The translations under genes and the position numbers were made by a program. DNA of 64,000 nucleotides, taken from positions 72,535 to 136,534 of the forward strand of contig JBAZXC010000001.1 of the NCBI GenBank assembly GCA_041660065.1, written 5' to 3'. Source of the DNA: Parcubacteria group bacterium (GTDB lineage Bacteria; Patescibacteriota; Minisyncoccia; Moranbacterales; GCA-2747515). Of this stretch, positions 38,840-49,295 are shown piece by piece. A model generated the notes under the pieces. It saw nothing but the letters and a program-made list of their open reading frames with translations. It did not search any database and had not been told where the DNA came from. The first letter of the stretch is position 1, and each line of letters starts with the position of its first letter.

Positions 38840-40093
38840 ATGAAAACAAACATCATTACAAGTATTGATCTCGGATCATCAACAGTGCGATGTGTCGTTG
38901 CGGATGTGTCGCAGGATGATGGACAGGTGCGTGTCTTGGGTGCCGGTATTGTGCCATCTGCCGGTATGCGACGAGGTGCAGTTGTAGACATCAATGATGC
39001 AGCGGATGCAATTGCTTCTGCAGTGGAAAAAGCAGAGCAGATGAGTGGAGAAAAAGTGAGAAATGCTATTGTGAGCATTGGTGGTGTTGGTATTATCGTT
39101 AAGGAAACACAAGGCGTCATCGCAATTGGACGTGCTGATGGAGAAGTGAATGAGGATGATGTTGTCCGTGTGATCGATGCTGCACAAGCGATTTCTATCC
39201 CAACAAACAATGAGATCATCCACGTCATTCCCCGATCTTTCCGTCTTGATGATCAGAGAGACATAAAAGACCCTGTAGGATTGAGGGGCGTGCGTTTGGA
39301 AGTTGATGCGGTAATTGTGGAAGCGCCTGGCAATCATGTAAAAAATCTTACAAGCGCAATGGAGCGTGCGGCTGTCGGCGTGGAGGACTTTATCATTGAG
39401 CCGCTTGCAGCTGCTGAAGCGACGTTGACAAAAAAACAAAAGGAGCTTGGCGTTGTCATGATCAACTTGGGAGCGAGCACGACATCACTCGCTGTATACG
39501 AGGAGGGAGAGTTGATTCACACATCAGTTTTGCCCGTTGGGTCTGATTTTATTACACATGATATTGCTATTGGATTGCGCACAGAAATTGATATTGCTGA
39601 AAGGGTGAAATTTGAGTTTGGGAGTGCTGACATCAATAGTGTTGACAAAAAGAGTATGATCGATCTCTCGCATTTTGATGATCGGGAGAAAGATCTGGTG
39701 TACCATCAACATGTTCTAGAGATCATCCAAGCACGTCTTGATGAAATTTTTGATCTTGTCGTGAAAGAATTGGAAAAAATTGGCAAAGACCAGTTGCTTC
39801 CGGCGGGCGCGGTACTGACAGGTGGGGGAGCGCACTTGCCGCATATCGTTGACTTCGCAAAAGAAAAATTACGGTTACCCGTATCAATTGGGCAGCCGGC
39901 ACATTTACTTGGTGTCGTGGATCATGTAGATGATTCATCGTACGCGACAGTCGTAGGCCTTTTATTGTGGGCTTTGCATGAAGGAAATCATGGTGGCTCA
40001 CATTTTGGAACAGGCGCAATCAGTTCACTTGGCGGAAAAATCAACGACATGTCGGCGAAATTGCGTAGCACTTTTGGCAAATTTTTGCCATAA
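38840..40093 (+). CDS. ftsA: cell division protein FtsA
   Basis: Actin-like ATPase; IDLGSSTVRCVVA N-terminus; adjacent to ftsZ. Confidence 0.9.
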   Translation: MKTNIITSIDLGSSTVRCVVADVSQDDGQVRVLGAGIVPSAGMRRGAVVDINDAADAIASAVEKAEQMSGEKVRNAIVSIGGVGIIVKETQGVIAIGRADGEVNEDDVVRVIDAAQAISIPTNNEIIHVIPRSFRLDDQRDIKDPVGLRGVRLEVDAVIVEAPGNHVKNLTSAMERAAVGVEDFIIEPLAAAEATLTKKQKELGVVMINLGASTTSLAVYEEGELIHTSVLPVGSDFITHDIAIGLRTEIDIAERVKFEFGSADINSVDKKSMIDLSHFDDREKDLVYHQHVLEIIQARLDEIFDLVVKELEKIGKDQLLPAGAVLTGGGAHLPHIVDFAKEKLRLPVSIGQPAHLLGVVDHVDDSSYATVVGLLLWALHEGNHGGSHFGTGAISSLGGKINDMSAKLRSTFGKFLP

Positions 40094-40178
40094 TGTACAA
40101 GCTGTGTATATTGTTCATATTGACAGTAGTCTTACACGCATGGTACAGTGAAAAACTGTAGGATATAGTTAATTTTTT

Positions 40179-41585
40179 GTGGACTTTCTAACTACTATAA
40201 TTAATGTTATGGCGGAAGTAAAAACGGATATAGAAACATTTTCACGAATTAAGGTGATTGGTGTCGGTGGAGGTGGTGGAAACGCGATCACGCGCATGAT
40301 TGATGCAAATCTTAAGGGTGTGGAGTTTGTTGCGATCAATACCGATACACAAGCATTGCATCACTCTCGTGCGGAAGAAAAGGTGCATATCGGCAAGAGT
40401 CTTACAAAGGGATTGGGTGCCGGAATGAATCCTGAAGTTGGAAGACAGGCTGCAGAAGAAAGTCGAGAAGAAATTCAAAATGTGCTCAAGGGTGCAGATA
40501 TGGTTTTCGTGACGTGTGGCCTTGGTGGTGGCACAGGAACAGGTGCGGCACCAGTGGTTGCGGAAACGGCAAAAGAACTTGGTATTCTTACTGTTGCAGT
40601 TGTGACAAAACCATTTTCTTTCGAAGGGTCGCGCAGACGGGCGATTGCAGAAGAAGGTCTTGCTGCGTTGAAAAAAAGAGTTGATACGATCATCACAATT
40701 CAAAATGACAAGATTCTCTCGATCATCGATAAGAAGACAAGTCTCGTGAATTCTTTCCGTATTGTTGATGATGTTTTGCGACAAGGTGTGCAGGGGATCT
40801 CGGATATTATTTGCAATAGTAGTTCGGAAAGCGTTAATGTGGATTTTAAAGATGTGGAGACAACGATGTCAAATAGCGGAGATGCCCTTATGGGTATTGG
40901 GATTGCTACGGGAGAAAATCGTGCTTCTGAAGCAGCAAGAGCTGCTGTGAACAGCCCTTTGCTTGACCTCTCAATTGATGGAGCAAAGCGCGTGCTTTTC
41001 AACATCACAGGAAGTAGTGATATCACAATGTTTGAGGTTGAAGAAGCATCAAACGTTATCACAGAATCAGTGGATCCTGATGCGCGTATCATTTTTGGTA
41101 CGGTTATTGATGATAATTTACCAAAGGGTGAGATACAAATCACTGTCGTGGCTACAGGTTTTGACGATGATGATGGATTTCAAGAAGATGCGGAGATAAA
41201 AAAGAAAGAAGATGTGGCAAGTACTAGAACTCGTGGTTTTGGCGTTACTGGTCGTGCTGCTGTTGCGGCGGGTAATGAAGAATACGATGGGTCATATGAG
41301 ACAAAAGGGGACTATGATCAGGAGTCTCGCTATAGGGAGCCTGTACGAGCCTCATTCAATGGCACAAGACGAGGCGTTGGGAGCGTCAATAGTGATATGC
41401 GGTCCAAGATAACGAATGATATCGATATTGCGTCACAAAATTCCATGAAGCCAAAGATGATCATTGAGGAACCGATCAATATATCGCCACGTGCAATGAC
41501 GCCTTCTATAAAAAACATTATTGCAGAGGATGACACGGATTTTGACATACCAGCATTTATCAGAAAAAAAATGAAAAAAAATTAA
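40179..41585 (+). CDS. ftsZ: cell division protein FtsZ (with ~130-aa C-terminal extension)
   Basis: Tubulin signature [14 protein letters not shown]; [13 protein letters not shown]. Confidence 0.9.
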   Translation: MDFLTTIINVMAEVKTDIETFSRIKVIGVGGGGGNAITRMIDANLKGVEFVAINTDTQALHHSRAEEKVHIGKSLTKGLGAGMNPEVGRQAAEESREEIQNVLKGADMVFVTCGLGGGTGTGAAPVVAETAKELGILTVAVVTKPFSFEGSRRRAIAEEGLAALKKRVDTIITIQNDKILSIIDKKTSLVNSFRIVDDVLRQGVQGISDIICNSSSESVNVDFKDVETTMSNSGDALMGIGIATGENRASEAARAAVNSPLLDLSIDGAKRVLFNITGSSDITMFEVEEASNVITESVDPDARIIFGTVIDDNLPKGEIQITVVATGFDDDDGFQEDAEIKKKEDVASTRTRGFGVTGRAAVAAGNEEYDGSYETKGDYDQESRYREPVRASFNGTRRGVGSVNSDMRSKITNDIDIASQNSMKPKMIIEEPINISPRAMTPSIKNIIAEDDTDFDIPAFIRKKMKKN

Positions 41586-41597
41586 TGATCTTTTTTA

Positions 41598-41625
41598 CAC
41601 TCGCAATACCAGCGAGTGTTTTTTA
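41598..41625 (+). terminator. rho-independent terminator after ftsZ
   Basis: CACTCGC-AATACCA-GCGAGTG + T6. Confidence 0.6.
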
Positions 41626-41694
41626 TTTAGCTTTTTTTAACATGTTGACACAAGCATTAATCTTTTTGGAAGGTGAAAAAACTCTTAAAATGCA

Positions 41695-41727
41695 CAAAAC
41701 CTCCGGATCGCTGCCGGAGGTTTTGTG
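41695..41727. terminator. bidirectional terminator hairpin
   Basis: AAACCTCCGG-ATCGCTG-CCGGAGGTTTT, T/A-rich on both sides. Confidence 0.5.
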
Positions 41728-41776
41728 TTAAGAAGGTACGCATGATATTTTAGATATGCATTTTTTGTAAAATCGG

Positions 41777-42583
41777 CTATAAACCGGTCACATGTTGTGC
41801 ATATGTGTTGAGATGCTCAAGTTGTCTATCGTTGAGCGTTCGCGCTTTCATGATCGCATCGTTGATTGATGTATTGGAGAATGAAAGGGATGTTTCAGGA
41901 TGAATTCTCTGGGTCGTTTGTATGCGACGCAAGTAGTCTTCGATATAGATTTTGTGCGCAGGGGTGAGGTCGGTAATATTGTTTTGTGCAATATGTTGTG
42001 CGACAGCCTTGCGCGCAAGTGTCGTTACGCTATCTCCTGGTACTGCTGTAACCGTAATAACACCATCTTTGCTTTGGGATTCAATGACTTCTTGCACGAC
42101 ATCTTTTGCTGATTTCTTTTCTGGTTCTTGTGATGTCGCTGGTTCCTCAGTGCTTTGTTGCTCCGCGGCAATTTCATTTTTTGTTGTTTCTTGCGCATCA
42201 GGTATGACTGCGGCGGAATTTTCTTCCTGCACTGGCGTGTCCTTGCCTACGGACATGGCGGTTGTATCGCTGGTAGATTTTTGTTTTTCTTCATCCTTTA
42301 TTTCATCAATGATCTCATTGACCTCACTATTTTTTTCCGTACCTATGGCAACGTCTTTTAGCTGAGAGTCGTCAATTACAACATTGGAATGAGAATTTCT
42401 TTTTGAATAAGAATAAATTGCAAAAACCAATAGTATTACAATGCCGATACTTATGATAATGCGGAGATTGTCTTGAATCCAGTGGGACATATTGTTATCT
42501 TCAGTCATTGGATATAACACCATCCTTTCTAGTTTTAAATTGTTAAATAGCTTGCGTTGAAGCCGTCCGCCATAGGCGGACAA
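41777..42583 (-). CDS. membrane-anchored hypothetical protein with acidic/Ser-Thr-rich linker
   Basis: One TM helix near the N-terminus, low-complexity E/S/T-rich middle, conserved-looking C-terminal domain. Confidence 0.45.
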   Translation of the reverse strand: MSAYGGRLQRKLFNNLKLERMVLYPMTEDNNMSHWIQDNLRIIISIGIVILLVFAIYSYSKRNSHSNVVIDDSQLKDVAIGTEKNSEVNEIIDEIKDEEKQKSTSDTTAMSVGKDTPVQEENSAAVIPDAQETTKNEIAAEQQSTEEPATSQEPEKKSAKDVVQEVIESQSKDGVITVTAVPGDSVTTLARKAVAQHIAQNNITDLTPAHKIYIEDYLRRIQTTQRIHPETSLSFSNTSINDAIMKARTLNDRQLEHLNTYAQHVTGL

Positions 42584-42691
42584 CGAAATTCTTTATTAAT
42601 TGTACAGTCATTATCAGTAGCGTCAACATAGACAAACAGTAGTTAATTTGGTCTAATAAGGAGATGGTAACATAGTGATAATTATTCGTTT

Positions 42692-43180
42692 ATGTCAATA
42701 TCTGCGATTTTGCTGTTTATTATGGTCGTTGTGTTTTTTATTGTGGGTCTTTTGGGTATTTTTCTTCCGGTTATTCCAAGTTTGCCTGTGGTGTGGTGTG
42801 GTATTTTTTTCTATGGTGTTTTGACGAATTTTTCTGAGGTGACGATCACGGTCGTAGTTATTACGGGTGCGCTTATGATCATTGGAACCGTATGTGATCT
42901 TTTTGTCGGTTCATTTGGTGCAAAAAAATATGGAGCGAGTTGGGCAGGAATCTGTGGTTCATTTTTTGGTGGCATGATTGGTGCGATTATTTTTAATATT
43001 GGTGGATTTATTATTGGAACTTTCGTTGGTGCATTTGTCGGTGAATTTATTTTTTATAAAAAGACGCATGCGGCATTGAAAGCAGGTGCGGGAACGATCG
43101 TGGGATTTCTCTTTGGCATTGCGATAAAAATATTTATTGCGTTCGTCATGTTCGGTATTTTTATTTTTGCCCTTTTCTAA
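42692..43180 (+). CDS. DUF456-like small membrane protein
   Basis: Four TM segments, Gly-rich helices. Confidence 0.5.
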   Translation: MSISAILLFIMVVVFFIVGLLGIFLPVIPSLPVVWCGIFFYGVLTNFSEVTITVVVITGALMIIGTVCDLFVGSFGAKKYGASWAGICGSFFGGMIGAIIFNIGGFIIGTFVGAFVGEFIFYKKTHAALKAGAGTIVGFLFGIAIKIFIAFVMFGIFIFALF

Positions 43181-43316
43181 TTTGCAAACTATTGATATAA
43201 TAAAATAAGTTTGATATAATATTAATATAAAACAAAATTATTTTTTAAATAAAAAATAATTTGTGTGTAAATAGAAAATAAAAATAGAAAGGAAGGTGAC
43301 ATTATTTTATGGCAGC

Positions 43317-43448
43317 AAAGAAAAAAGCAACAAAGAAAAAAGTTGCAAAGAAAGCAACAAAGAAAAAAGTTGTAAAGAAAGCAACAAAGAAAAAAGCAGT
43401 AAAGAAAGCAACAAAGAAAAAAGCAGCAAAGAAGAAATAGTGTTTTCC
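43317..43448 (+). CDS. Lys/Ala-rich histone H1-like small basic protein (43 aa) built from 24-nt tandem repeats
   Basis: ATG with AAGGAAGGTGA RBS; sequence MAAKKKATKKKVAKKATKKKVVKKATKKKAVKKATKKKAAKKK; followed by a terminator. Not in the ORF track (<60 aa). Confidence 0.5.
43321..43440. repeat. 24-nt tandem repeat (x5) encoding ATKKKxxKK units
   Basis: Repeated GCAACAAAGAAAAAAGTTGCAAAGAAA-like units. Confidence 0.7.
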
Positions 43449-43480
43449 TCAACTGTTTATATCTGAAATATTTAAACCAG

Positions 43481-43512
43481 AAACCCCGGCAATGTCCGGG
43501 TTTTTGGTTTTT
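43481..43512 (+). terminator. rho-independent terminator
   Basis: AAACCCCGG-CAATGT-CCGGGTTTTT. Confidence 0.45.
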
Positions 43513-43578
43513 GGTGAAATTGCACGAGATGAAGCAAGGATCTTAGGTGGACTATACGGTGCATTTATATGAGAAGCT

Positions 43579-44475
43579 CTATATGCGAGCAGAAAATAGG
43601 CGAGTCTTTCCAGTCAGATCGCAAAAAAACGTCATGTCTTTTTTTGTGCAGTTGTTTTTGTGCATAAACTCTGTGAGGACATCTTTTTGCTTAGGGTCGA
43701 TTTCATAAAAAAGTAAGAATGTCTTTTGGGGATTATTCTTTTTTAGAGATAGGATCTGTCTTGTAAGTTTTTTGTAATAGGCTAGTCCACCATCATCTGC
43801 CCATAAGGCAATTGACGGTTCGTACTGCAGTGCAAAAGATTCTTTTTTTGTCATGAGGGTAGATTTTTCTTCTATGTCTACATAGGGAAGATTTGCGATG
43901 ATGATTATTTGTGTATAATGTGATGCGGATAGCAAGTCACGCAAACAATTATTATGAAGAAGGTCAGACACGTAAAAGCGGATGCAATCATCAACTGAAT
44001 GACGTGTGGCATTTCTTTTTGCAACTGTGAGCGTTTTTGGCGATATATCGGTTGCGATCATATCCAGGTGCTTCTGTGAGGGCAATAATTCTTTGGCGAG
44101 TGTGATCGCGATTATGCCACTACCAGTTCCAATATCAATAATTGCGGTATCTGAGAAATTTGTGGAATGTAGTTGCTTGATCACATCAATGATGAGCTCT
44201 GTCTCCGGGCGAGGTATGAGCGTGTCAGGTGTTACAAAAAAAGAGCGGTTGTAAAACTCTTTTTCTCCGGTGATATAGGCAAGGGGAGTATGTTGGGCTC
44301 TTTTTTTTAGGGCGACAATGATTTCTTGTTGTACGTGCGGAGTAATGATGTCGGTATTGTGTGCAAGGACAAAATTGCGATCTTTCTTTAAAACAAAGGC
44401 AATAATCAATTCAATGTCAATGCGATCAAGTATTTCTTGCCAATCATGGATGATGTCTTCTATTGTTTGTAGCAT
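43579..44475 (-). CDS. prmC: HemK/PrmC-family protein-(glutamine-N5) methyltransferase
   Basis: SAM-binding DIGTGSG and NLPY(V) (NPPY-like) motif. Confidence 0.7.
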   Translation of the reverse strand: MLQTIEDIIHDWQEILDRIDIELIIAFVLKKDRNFVLAHNTDIITPHVQQEIIVALKKRAQHTPLAYITGEKEFYNRSFFVTPDTLIPRPETELIIDVIKQLHSTNFSDTAIIDIGTGSGIIAITLAKELLPSQKHLDMIATDISPKTLTVAKRNATRHSVDDCIRFYVSDLLHNNCLRDLLSASHYTQIIIIANLPYVDIEEKSTLMTKKESFALQYEPSIALWADDGGLAYYKKLTRQILSLKKNNPQKTFLLFYEIDPKQKDVLTEFMHKNNCTKKDMTFFCDLTGKTRLFSARI

Positions 44476-44499
44476 GATTTTATAGGGTTATGGGTAAAA

Positions 44500-44528
44500 T
44501 TGACAAAAATAGGGACTTTTGATACAAT
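44500..44528 (+). promoter_or_regulatory. sigma70-type promoter (TTGACA-17-TACAAT)
   Basis: TTGACA at 44500-44505, 17-nt spacer, TACAAT at 44523-44528. Confidence 0.55.
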
Positions 44529-44613
44529 GGGCAGTCATGTAATAATTGACGATTCAGTTGGTTGCTTCTTGTTGATTTTTGCGTATTTTTGTTTTATATG
44601 AAACGATAGTGAT

Positions 44614-45540
44614 ATGATCAGATTATATACAGTATTGATGTTTGTAGCAATTCTTGGCATGGGTGCATATGCAGTTTTTGTTGTGTTGCAACCGCAATAT
44701 GTTTCACACACCTCTTTTATTATTACACAAAAAGATCATGCGATACAATTTACACAGATGGATCGTGTCGTAAATGATATTGTGTTTATTGCGCAGGAGT
44801 CCATATATGATAATTCTGTCGTCAAACAATATAATGCACGTGTGAACATTGCGTCTGCGGGCGACGCGAATGTCATTTTGATCGATGTATATGCAAAAGA
44901 TCCGCGTGTAATAAAAAACGTGGAAAAAAATGTTTTTGAGGAAATGACAAAAAGTGTTCGTATGTATTATACAGAGGATGCGGTGTCGATGCGTACACTG
45001 CACCATGATCGTATGCCACAACATACGAGATTTTCACGCTTCTTTACATATGGGATTATGGTGGTCATTGTTGCTGGCATAGTTGCCGGTGTGCGTGTAT
45101 TATATTACTATATTGATCAGACGCGTGATAAGCGTGTGCGTGTGACATCACTTGACGGTAAAAAAATTTTTGAGAAGTTCCATTTCAATCCTGTGATGGA
45201 AAAACATGAGGAAGATGCGCAACCTAAAGCGCAAAAGGATAAAGAAGAGGAAATTATCATAAGTGAAAGCGATCACAAAATAGACCAGCAATCAAAAGAA
45301 GAGACAAAAAAAGAACAATCACTTGCATATACAGAAGCGAAAGATGTGCGTACAATGAATGTGGCGACAATCCCGGGGGGATTAGCTGCAACTCCGGGCA
45401 ACCTTCCGGTAGTTGATGTTGGTGCGTTAGGTTTTGTGACGACACAATCGCGCATAAATGAAAGCGCAGTTGAAACAAATGAACCGACAGAAGATGAATT
45501 GAAGGCACGACTCAATGATTTATTGCGAGGTAAATTATAA
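44614..45540 (+). CDS. bitopic membrane protein, Wzz-like chain-length-determinant topology (hypothetical)
   Basis: TM at the N-terminus and a second TM at ~aa 150-175 flanking a soluble domain; C-terminal low-complexity tail. Confidence 0.35.
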   Translation: MIRLYTVLMFVAILGMGAYAVFVVLQPQYVSHTSFIITQKDHAIQFTQMDRVVNDIVFIAQESIYDNSVVKQYNARVNIASAGDANVILIDVYAKDPRVIKNVEKNVFEEMTKSVRMYYTEDAVSMRTLHHDRMPQHTRFSRFFTYGIMVVIVAGIVAGVRVLYYYIDQTRDKRVRVTSLDGKKIFEKFHFNPVMEKHEEDAQPKAQKDKEEEIIISESDHKIDQQSKEETKKEQSLAYTEAKDVRTMNVATIPGGLAATPGNLPVVDVGALGFVTTQSRINESAVETNEPTEDELKARLNDLLRGKL

Positions 45541-45544
45541 AAAT

Positions 45545-46921
45545 ATGATGCAAAAAAAATTAGTGAAAAATGTGATATTTTTTGTACTTGTGGCTGTGAT
45601 CATTGCGATGATCATCTTGTTTTTTTCTCTAAAAAATAATCCACAAAAATTGGTTAACATTGCATATACAACATCAAAAATTTTACCACTTGGAGATCGA
45701 TATAATACAGCTGTAGCATTGGCACACTATATTTTACAAAACGACGATCAAGAACGAACGTTCTTGATTCTTTTGCAAAATAATATGGAATTGCGTCCCG
45801 GTGGCGGATATATCGGCTCATTTGCCATTGTGACGGTTAAAAATGGCGCTGTGGTCAAGAGTGCGGTGCATGATACGGCAAATTTTGACGGGAGGATCCC
45901 TGATGCTCTGGAGCCGCCATATCCGATGAAAGAAACGATGCATATTCCATCATGGAAACTGCGCGATAGTAATTGGATGCCTGATTTTCCAACAAATGCA
46001 CGTGTTGCAGAAAATTTTTATACATTGGGCGGCGGTACGGAAAAATTTGATGGTGTGATTGCTGTCAATGCGACAATTCTTGACATGATTCTCGATGTTA
46101 CCGGTCCGATTACGCTTGATGATTATCCGCATACGTTTAAAAGTGGCGATGCAATCATGACGTTGGAATATCAAGTTGAGAAAGGATATAAGGAGCAAGA
46201 TATTGAAAAAGGTGATCGCAAGGTTATCATGGATGCATTGATGAAAGAAATTGTGCGTCGTGTTGCGGATGTCTCTGTACAAGAAAAGATTGGTTTGGTA
46301 AATATGTTCGTCCAATCGTTTGATAATAAAGACATACAAGTGTATCTCGATGATGAAAAAATGGCGCAGATGATCAGCGCAGTCAATTGGCAGGGATCTG
46401 TTGACGCAACATGGGATAAAGATTATTTGATGGTTGTTGATGCGAATCTGGCATCATATAAAACGGATCATGTTGTAAAGCGCAGTGTGGATTATGATAT
46501 TGATCTTTCTGGTACGATTCCCCAAGCAGTGCTCACTGTTCATTATGAAAATACTGCAACACAAAAGGATTGGAAGACATACGATTATCAAACATATCTC
46601 AGGATATACACGCCAGAAGATACATGGTTTACAGAAGTACCACAATGCGTATTACCACCGCAATATGGATCAAAATATGGCAAACGATATGTAGGTTGTC
46701 TCGTGCAGGTGCCACTTGGGACAGAAAAAGATGTGGTTGTGCGATATAATTTGCCGATTGATATGAAGAATAAATATCCATATGATCTTAAAATTCAAAA
46801 ACAATCCGGCGTACATGATGTGCCGGTTGCTGTCCACGTACATAATCCTGGATCAACGGTAGCAGATGAATATTCGTTTGTGATGGACATGGATACTACA
46901 CTGTCTGAATTGAAGAAATAA
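45545..46921 (+). CDS. DUF4012 domain protein
   Basis: N-terminal TM anchor and RPGGGYIGSF motif characteristic of DUF4012; start moved to the in-frame ATG after the upstream stop. Confidence 0.6.
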   Translation: MMQKKLVKNVIFFVLVAVIIAMIILFFSLKNNPQKLVNIAYTTSKILPLGDRYNTAVALAHYILQNDDQERTFLILLQNNMELRPGGGYIGSFAIVTVKNGAVVKSAVHDTANFDGRIPDALEPPYPMKETMHIPSWKLRDSNWMPDFPTNARVAENFYTLGGGTEKFDGVIAVNATILDMILDVTGPITLDDYPHTFKSGDAIMTLEYQVEKGYKEQDIEKGDRKVIMDALMKEIVRRVADVSVQEKIGLVNMFVQSFDNKDIQVYLDDEKMAQMISAVNWQGSVDATWDKDYLMVVDANLASYKTDHVVKRSVDYDIDLSGTIPQAVLTVHYENTATQKDWKTYDYQTYLRIYTPEDTWFTEVPQCVLPPQYGSKYGKRYVGCLVQVPLGTEKDVVVRYNLPIDMKNKYPYDLKIQKQSGVHDVPVAVHVHNPGSTVADEYSFVMDMDTTLSELKK

Positions 46922-46946
46922 CAGTGGAATGAATATTGTGGACAAG

Positions 46947-46976
46947 AAAAACACGTGTTTATAGCACGTGTTTTTT
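46947..46976 (+). terminator. rho-independent terminator
   Basis: AAAACACGTG-TTTATAG-CACGTGTTTT + T's. Confidence 0.6.
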
Positions 46977-47033
46977 GTGGTATAGTGATACGTGGGAAAT
47001 GAGTATTTATAATATACACTAATTTATATCATT

Positions 47034-47540
47034 ATGAATAGATTTGAAGGTGGTATACAAGATGTGGCACATAAGAAAGTAGAAAATGGTTTCGATCCCG
47101 ATAAAACAATTCGGATAGAACCTATGGAAAACGACAAAGATGAATTGTCACAGCAACTCCGTGAATTAGAAAATTGGAAAAAAGGGATTATTGATGTACG
47201 AGATCGTCGTCATTCAGATGATGATACAATTCTAAAAAAAATTGATGAAAAGATTGCACAAATAAAACTTGAAAAGGAAAAGAGAAGAATATTCAATATC
47301 ATTGATAATGTTGGCGGAGCATATTCTCCGCCAGATGATCGTGAGATCTCTGCAGAAGAAATGAAAAAAACTATTGAAACCGTTTTGATTACTCATATGA
47401 TCGATGATGATCCGAGATCATCGAACTATATTCCAGAATCGCCGATTTATGGTACAAGAAAAAATTTACGTGACAAGGTGCGAGAACTATTGGATATTGC
47501 ACCGAAAAAACCAGATATCAAAAAAGATTTCATGATATAA
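47034..47540 (+). CDS. hypothetical charged/coiled-coil protein
   Basis: 168 aa, K/E/D-rich, no recognisable motif. Confidence 0.4.
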   Translation: MNRFEGGIQDVAHKKVENGFDPDKTIRIEPMENDKDELSQQLRELENWKKGIIDVRDRRHSDDDTILKKIDEKIAQIKLEKEKRRIFNIIDNVGGAYSPPDDREISAEEMKKTIETVLITHMIDDDPRSSNYIPESPIYGTRKNLRDKVRELLDIAPKKPDIKKDFMI

Positions 47541-47719
47541 CAGGGAGTATTCGAGTGGAAAAACAAATATACACACCCGCGTGGTCTTTTTTGTCACTAC
47601 ATATGGAAATCTTGCAAAAATCGAGAAAACCTGATATACTGATTATATTGAATTCTTCACATCGGGGATGTGGCGGTTTCTGTTGTTTATAGGGTATAAT
47701 CTGTTTTACAAATGATTCT

Positions 47720-47917
47720 ATGGCTGTTCCAAAGCAAAGACATAATGTTTCGCGTCGCGAGCGACGGCGCAAACACAATATTTCAAAAATTGCAGTAAGC
47801 ACAACGCAAAAATGTGCTTCATGTGGCGAGGAGAAGTTGCCACATCGTGTATGTGTTTCGTGTGGCATGTATCGTGGGACACAATACAAAGAAGTGGTGA
47901 AAAAAGTGAGTGCATAA
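47720..47917 (+). CDS. rpmF: 50S ribosomal protein L32
   Basis: [18 protein letters not shown]-terminus and C-x2-C ... C-x2-C zinc ribbon. Confidence 0.85.
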   Translation: MAVPKQRHNVSRRERRRKHNISKIAVSTTQKCASCGEEKLPHRVCVSCGMYRGTQYKEVVKKVSA

Positions 47918-47957
47918 AGGACGAGCGTATATTTTAAAATACAAAAGTAACATTATT

Positions 47958-48446
47958 ATGGCAAATCGACATCTCCAACGTTCAATCGCAATGCAAAGTC
48001 TTTTTGAATGGGATTTTCGCGGACAAGAAGATGATCGTGTTGTTATGATCGTGACACATAATTGTGCGGAGTTTGCACCCGGTGCGGACAATTTTGCTTT
48101 TGTAAATGCTCTTGTTTCCGGTACTGTGGAAAAAATTGATGATATTGATCCACTGATCTCCAAGTGTGCGCCAGAGTGGCCACTTGAGCAGATTGCTACA
48201 GTAGATCGAAATATTCTTCGTTTAGGCACGTATGAATTGCTCTTTGGTAATTATGATGAAACTCCGCCAAAAGTTGCGATCAATGAGGCTATTGAGCTTG
48301 CAAAGACCTACGGTGGCGATAGTAGTGCACGTTTTGTTAATGGTGTTTTAGGTACGATCTATCGTGAAATGGGTGAGCCAATGAAGGATGATGATGCATC
48401 AAAGGCCAAGCAACGTCGAGTGAAAACAAAAGAAAAAACAACATAA
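47958..48446 (+). CDS. nusB: transcription antitermination factor NusB
   Basis: NusB-like helical domain ([12 protein letters not shown] ... [10 protein letters not shown]); start set at MANRHLQR. Confidence 0.7.
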   Translation: MANRHLQRSIAMQSLFEWDFRGQEDDRVVMIVTHNCAEFAPGADNFAFVNALVSGTVEKIDDIDPLISKCAPEWPLEQIATVDRNILRLGTYELLFGNYDETPPKVAINEAIELAKTYGGDSSARFVNGVLGTIYREMGEPMKDDDASKAKQRRVKTKEKTT

Positions 48447-48538
48447 GAATTTTTATAAGTAATTCAAAGCATGTTCAATGTGTTTTCATGTCAGTAAATG
48501 ATTACTGATTTACATACATAGGACATTCTTTACGTGGC

Positions 48539-49228
48539 ATGATGGATATTCACGCTTTTTCACATACATGTGGGATTAGTATTGTTAATCCTGATCTTTT
48601 TATTGAGGCGATGACACATCGCTCATATCTCAATGAGAACAAAAATCACAAGCATCCGCACAATGAGCGCTTGGAGTTTCTGGGCGATGCTGTTTTGGAA
48701 CTCATTGTGACGGAATATCTTTTTCAGAATTTTCACAATCCTGAAGGTGAATTGACGGCATGGCGCGCAGCACTCGTCAATGGAGAAATGCTTGCAGTCG
48801 TTGCGCATGAGATTGGCATTGAGAGTTTTTTGCTTATGAGTAGAGGAGAATCCAAGGATACAGGCAAGGCGCGTAATTACTTATTGGCAAATGCAATTGA
48901 GGCGATCATCGGAGCGATCTATTTGGACCAAGGATATGACGCGGCAAAAGAATTTATCACTATGCACATTATAAAGCATATTAATGAAATTTTAGAAAAA
49001 AAATTATATTTGGATCCAAAAAGCTTTTTCCAAGAAAAGGCGCAAGAAGCGGTAAATGTTACGCCACATTATAAATTGATCAGCGAGTCTGGGCCGGATC
49101 ATGATCGTGTGTTTATTGTGGGCGTGTATCTGAGTGATGAAAAAGTGGCAGAAGGCAGTGGTAGAAGTAAACAAGAAGCACAGCGCGAAGCGGCACGTAT
49201 TGCTTTGGAAGTTAAAAAATGGCTCTAG
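48539..49228 (+). CDS. rnc: ribonuclease III
   Basis: RNase III signature ERLEFLGDAVLE plus a C-terminal dsRBD. Confidence 0.9.
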   Translation: MMDIHAFSHTCGISIVNPDLFIEAMTHRSYLNENKNHKHPHNERLEFLGDAVLELIVTEYLFQNFHNPEGELTAWRAALVNGEMLAVVAHEIGIESFLLMSRGESKDTGKARNYLLANAIEAIIGAIYLDQGYDAAKEFITMHIIKHINEILEKKLYLDPKSFFQEKAQEAVNVTPHYKLISESGPDHDRVFIVGVYLSDEKVAEGSGRSKQEAQREAARIALEVKKWL

Positions 49229-49245
49229 CTCAAATGATACGGTGA

Positions 49246-49288
49246 ACAGACTTTTGTAAAAAAGCATCATGCGTTTGTCGCATGATAC
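49246..49288. terminator. bidirectional terminator between convergent rnc and rhodanese genes
   Basis: TCATGCG-TTTGT-CGCATGA hairpin with A/T runs on both sides. Confidence 0.45.
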
Positions 49289-49295
49289 GCTTTTT

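Noticed and set aside
38524-39228. Long antisense ORFs inside ftsA/dgkA (234 aa), GT2 (31886..32644), SIMPL (2670..3215), thrS and dnaE
   Set aside because: They overlap strongly supported conserved genes on the opposite strand and have a low-complexity (S/T/A/P-rich) composition typical of antisense frames.
43222-43452. Minus-strand 76-aa Cys/Phe/Leu-rich ORF (MRKTLFLLCCFFLCC...)
   Set aside because: It is the mirror translation of the 24-nt Lys/Ala repeat. The plus-strand small ORF has an RBS and a terminator; the minus-strand one has neither.
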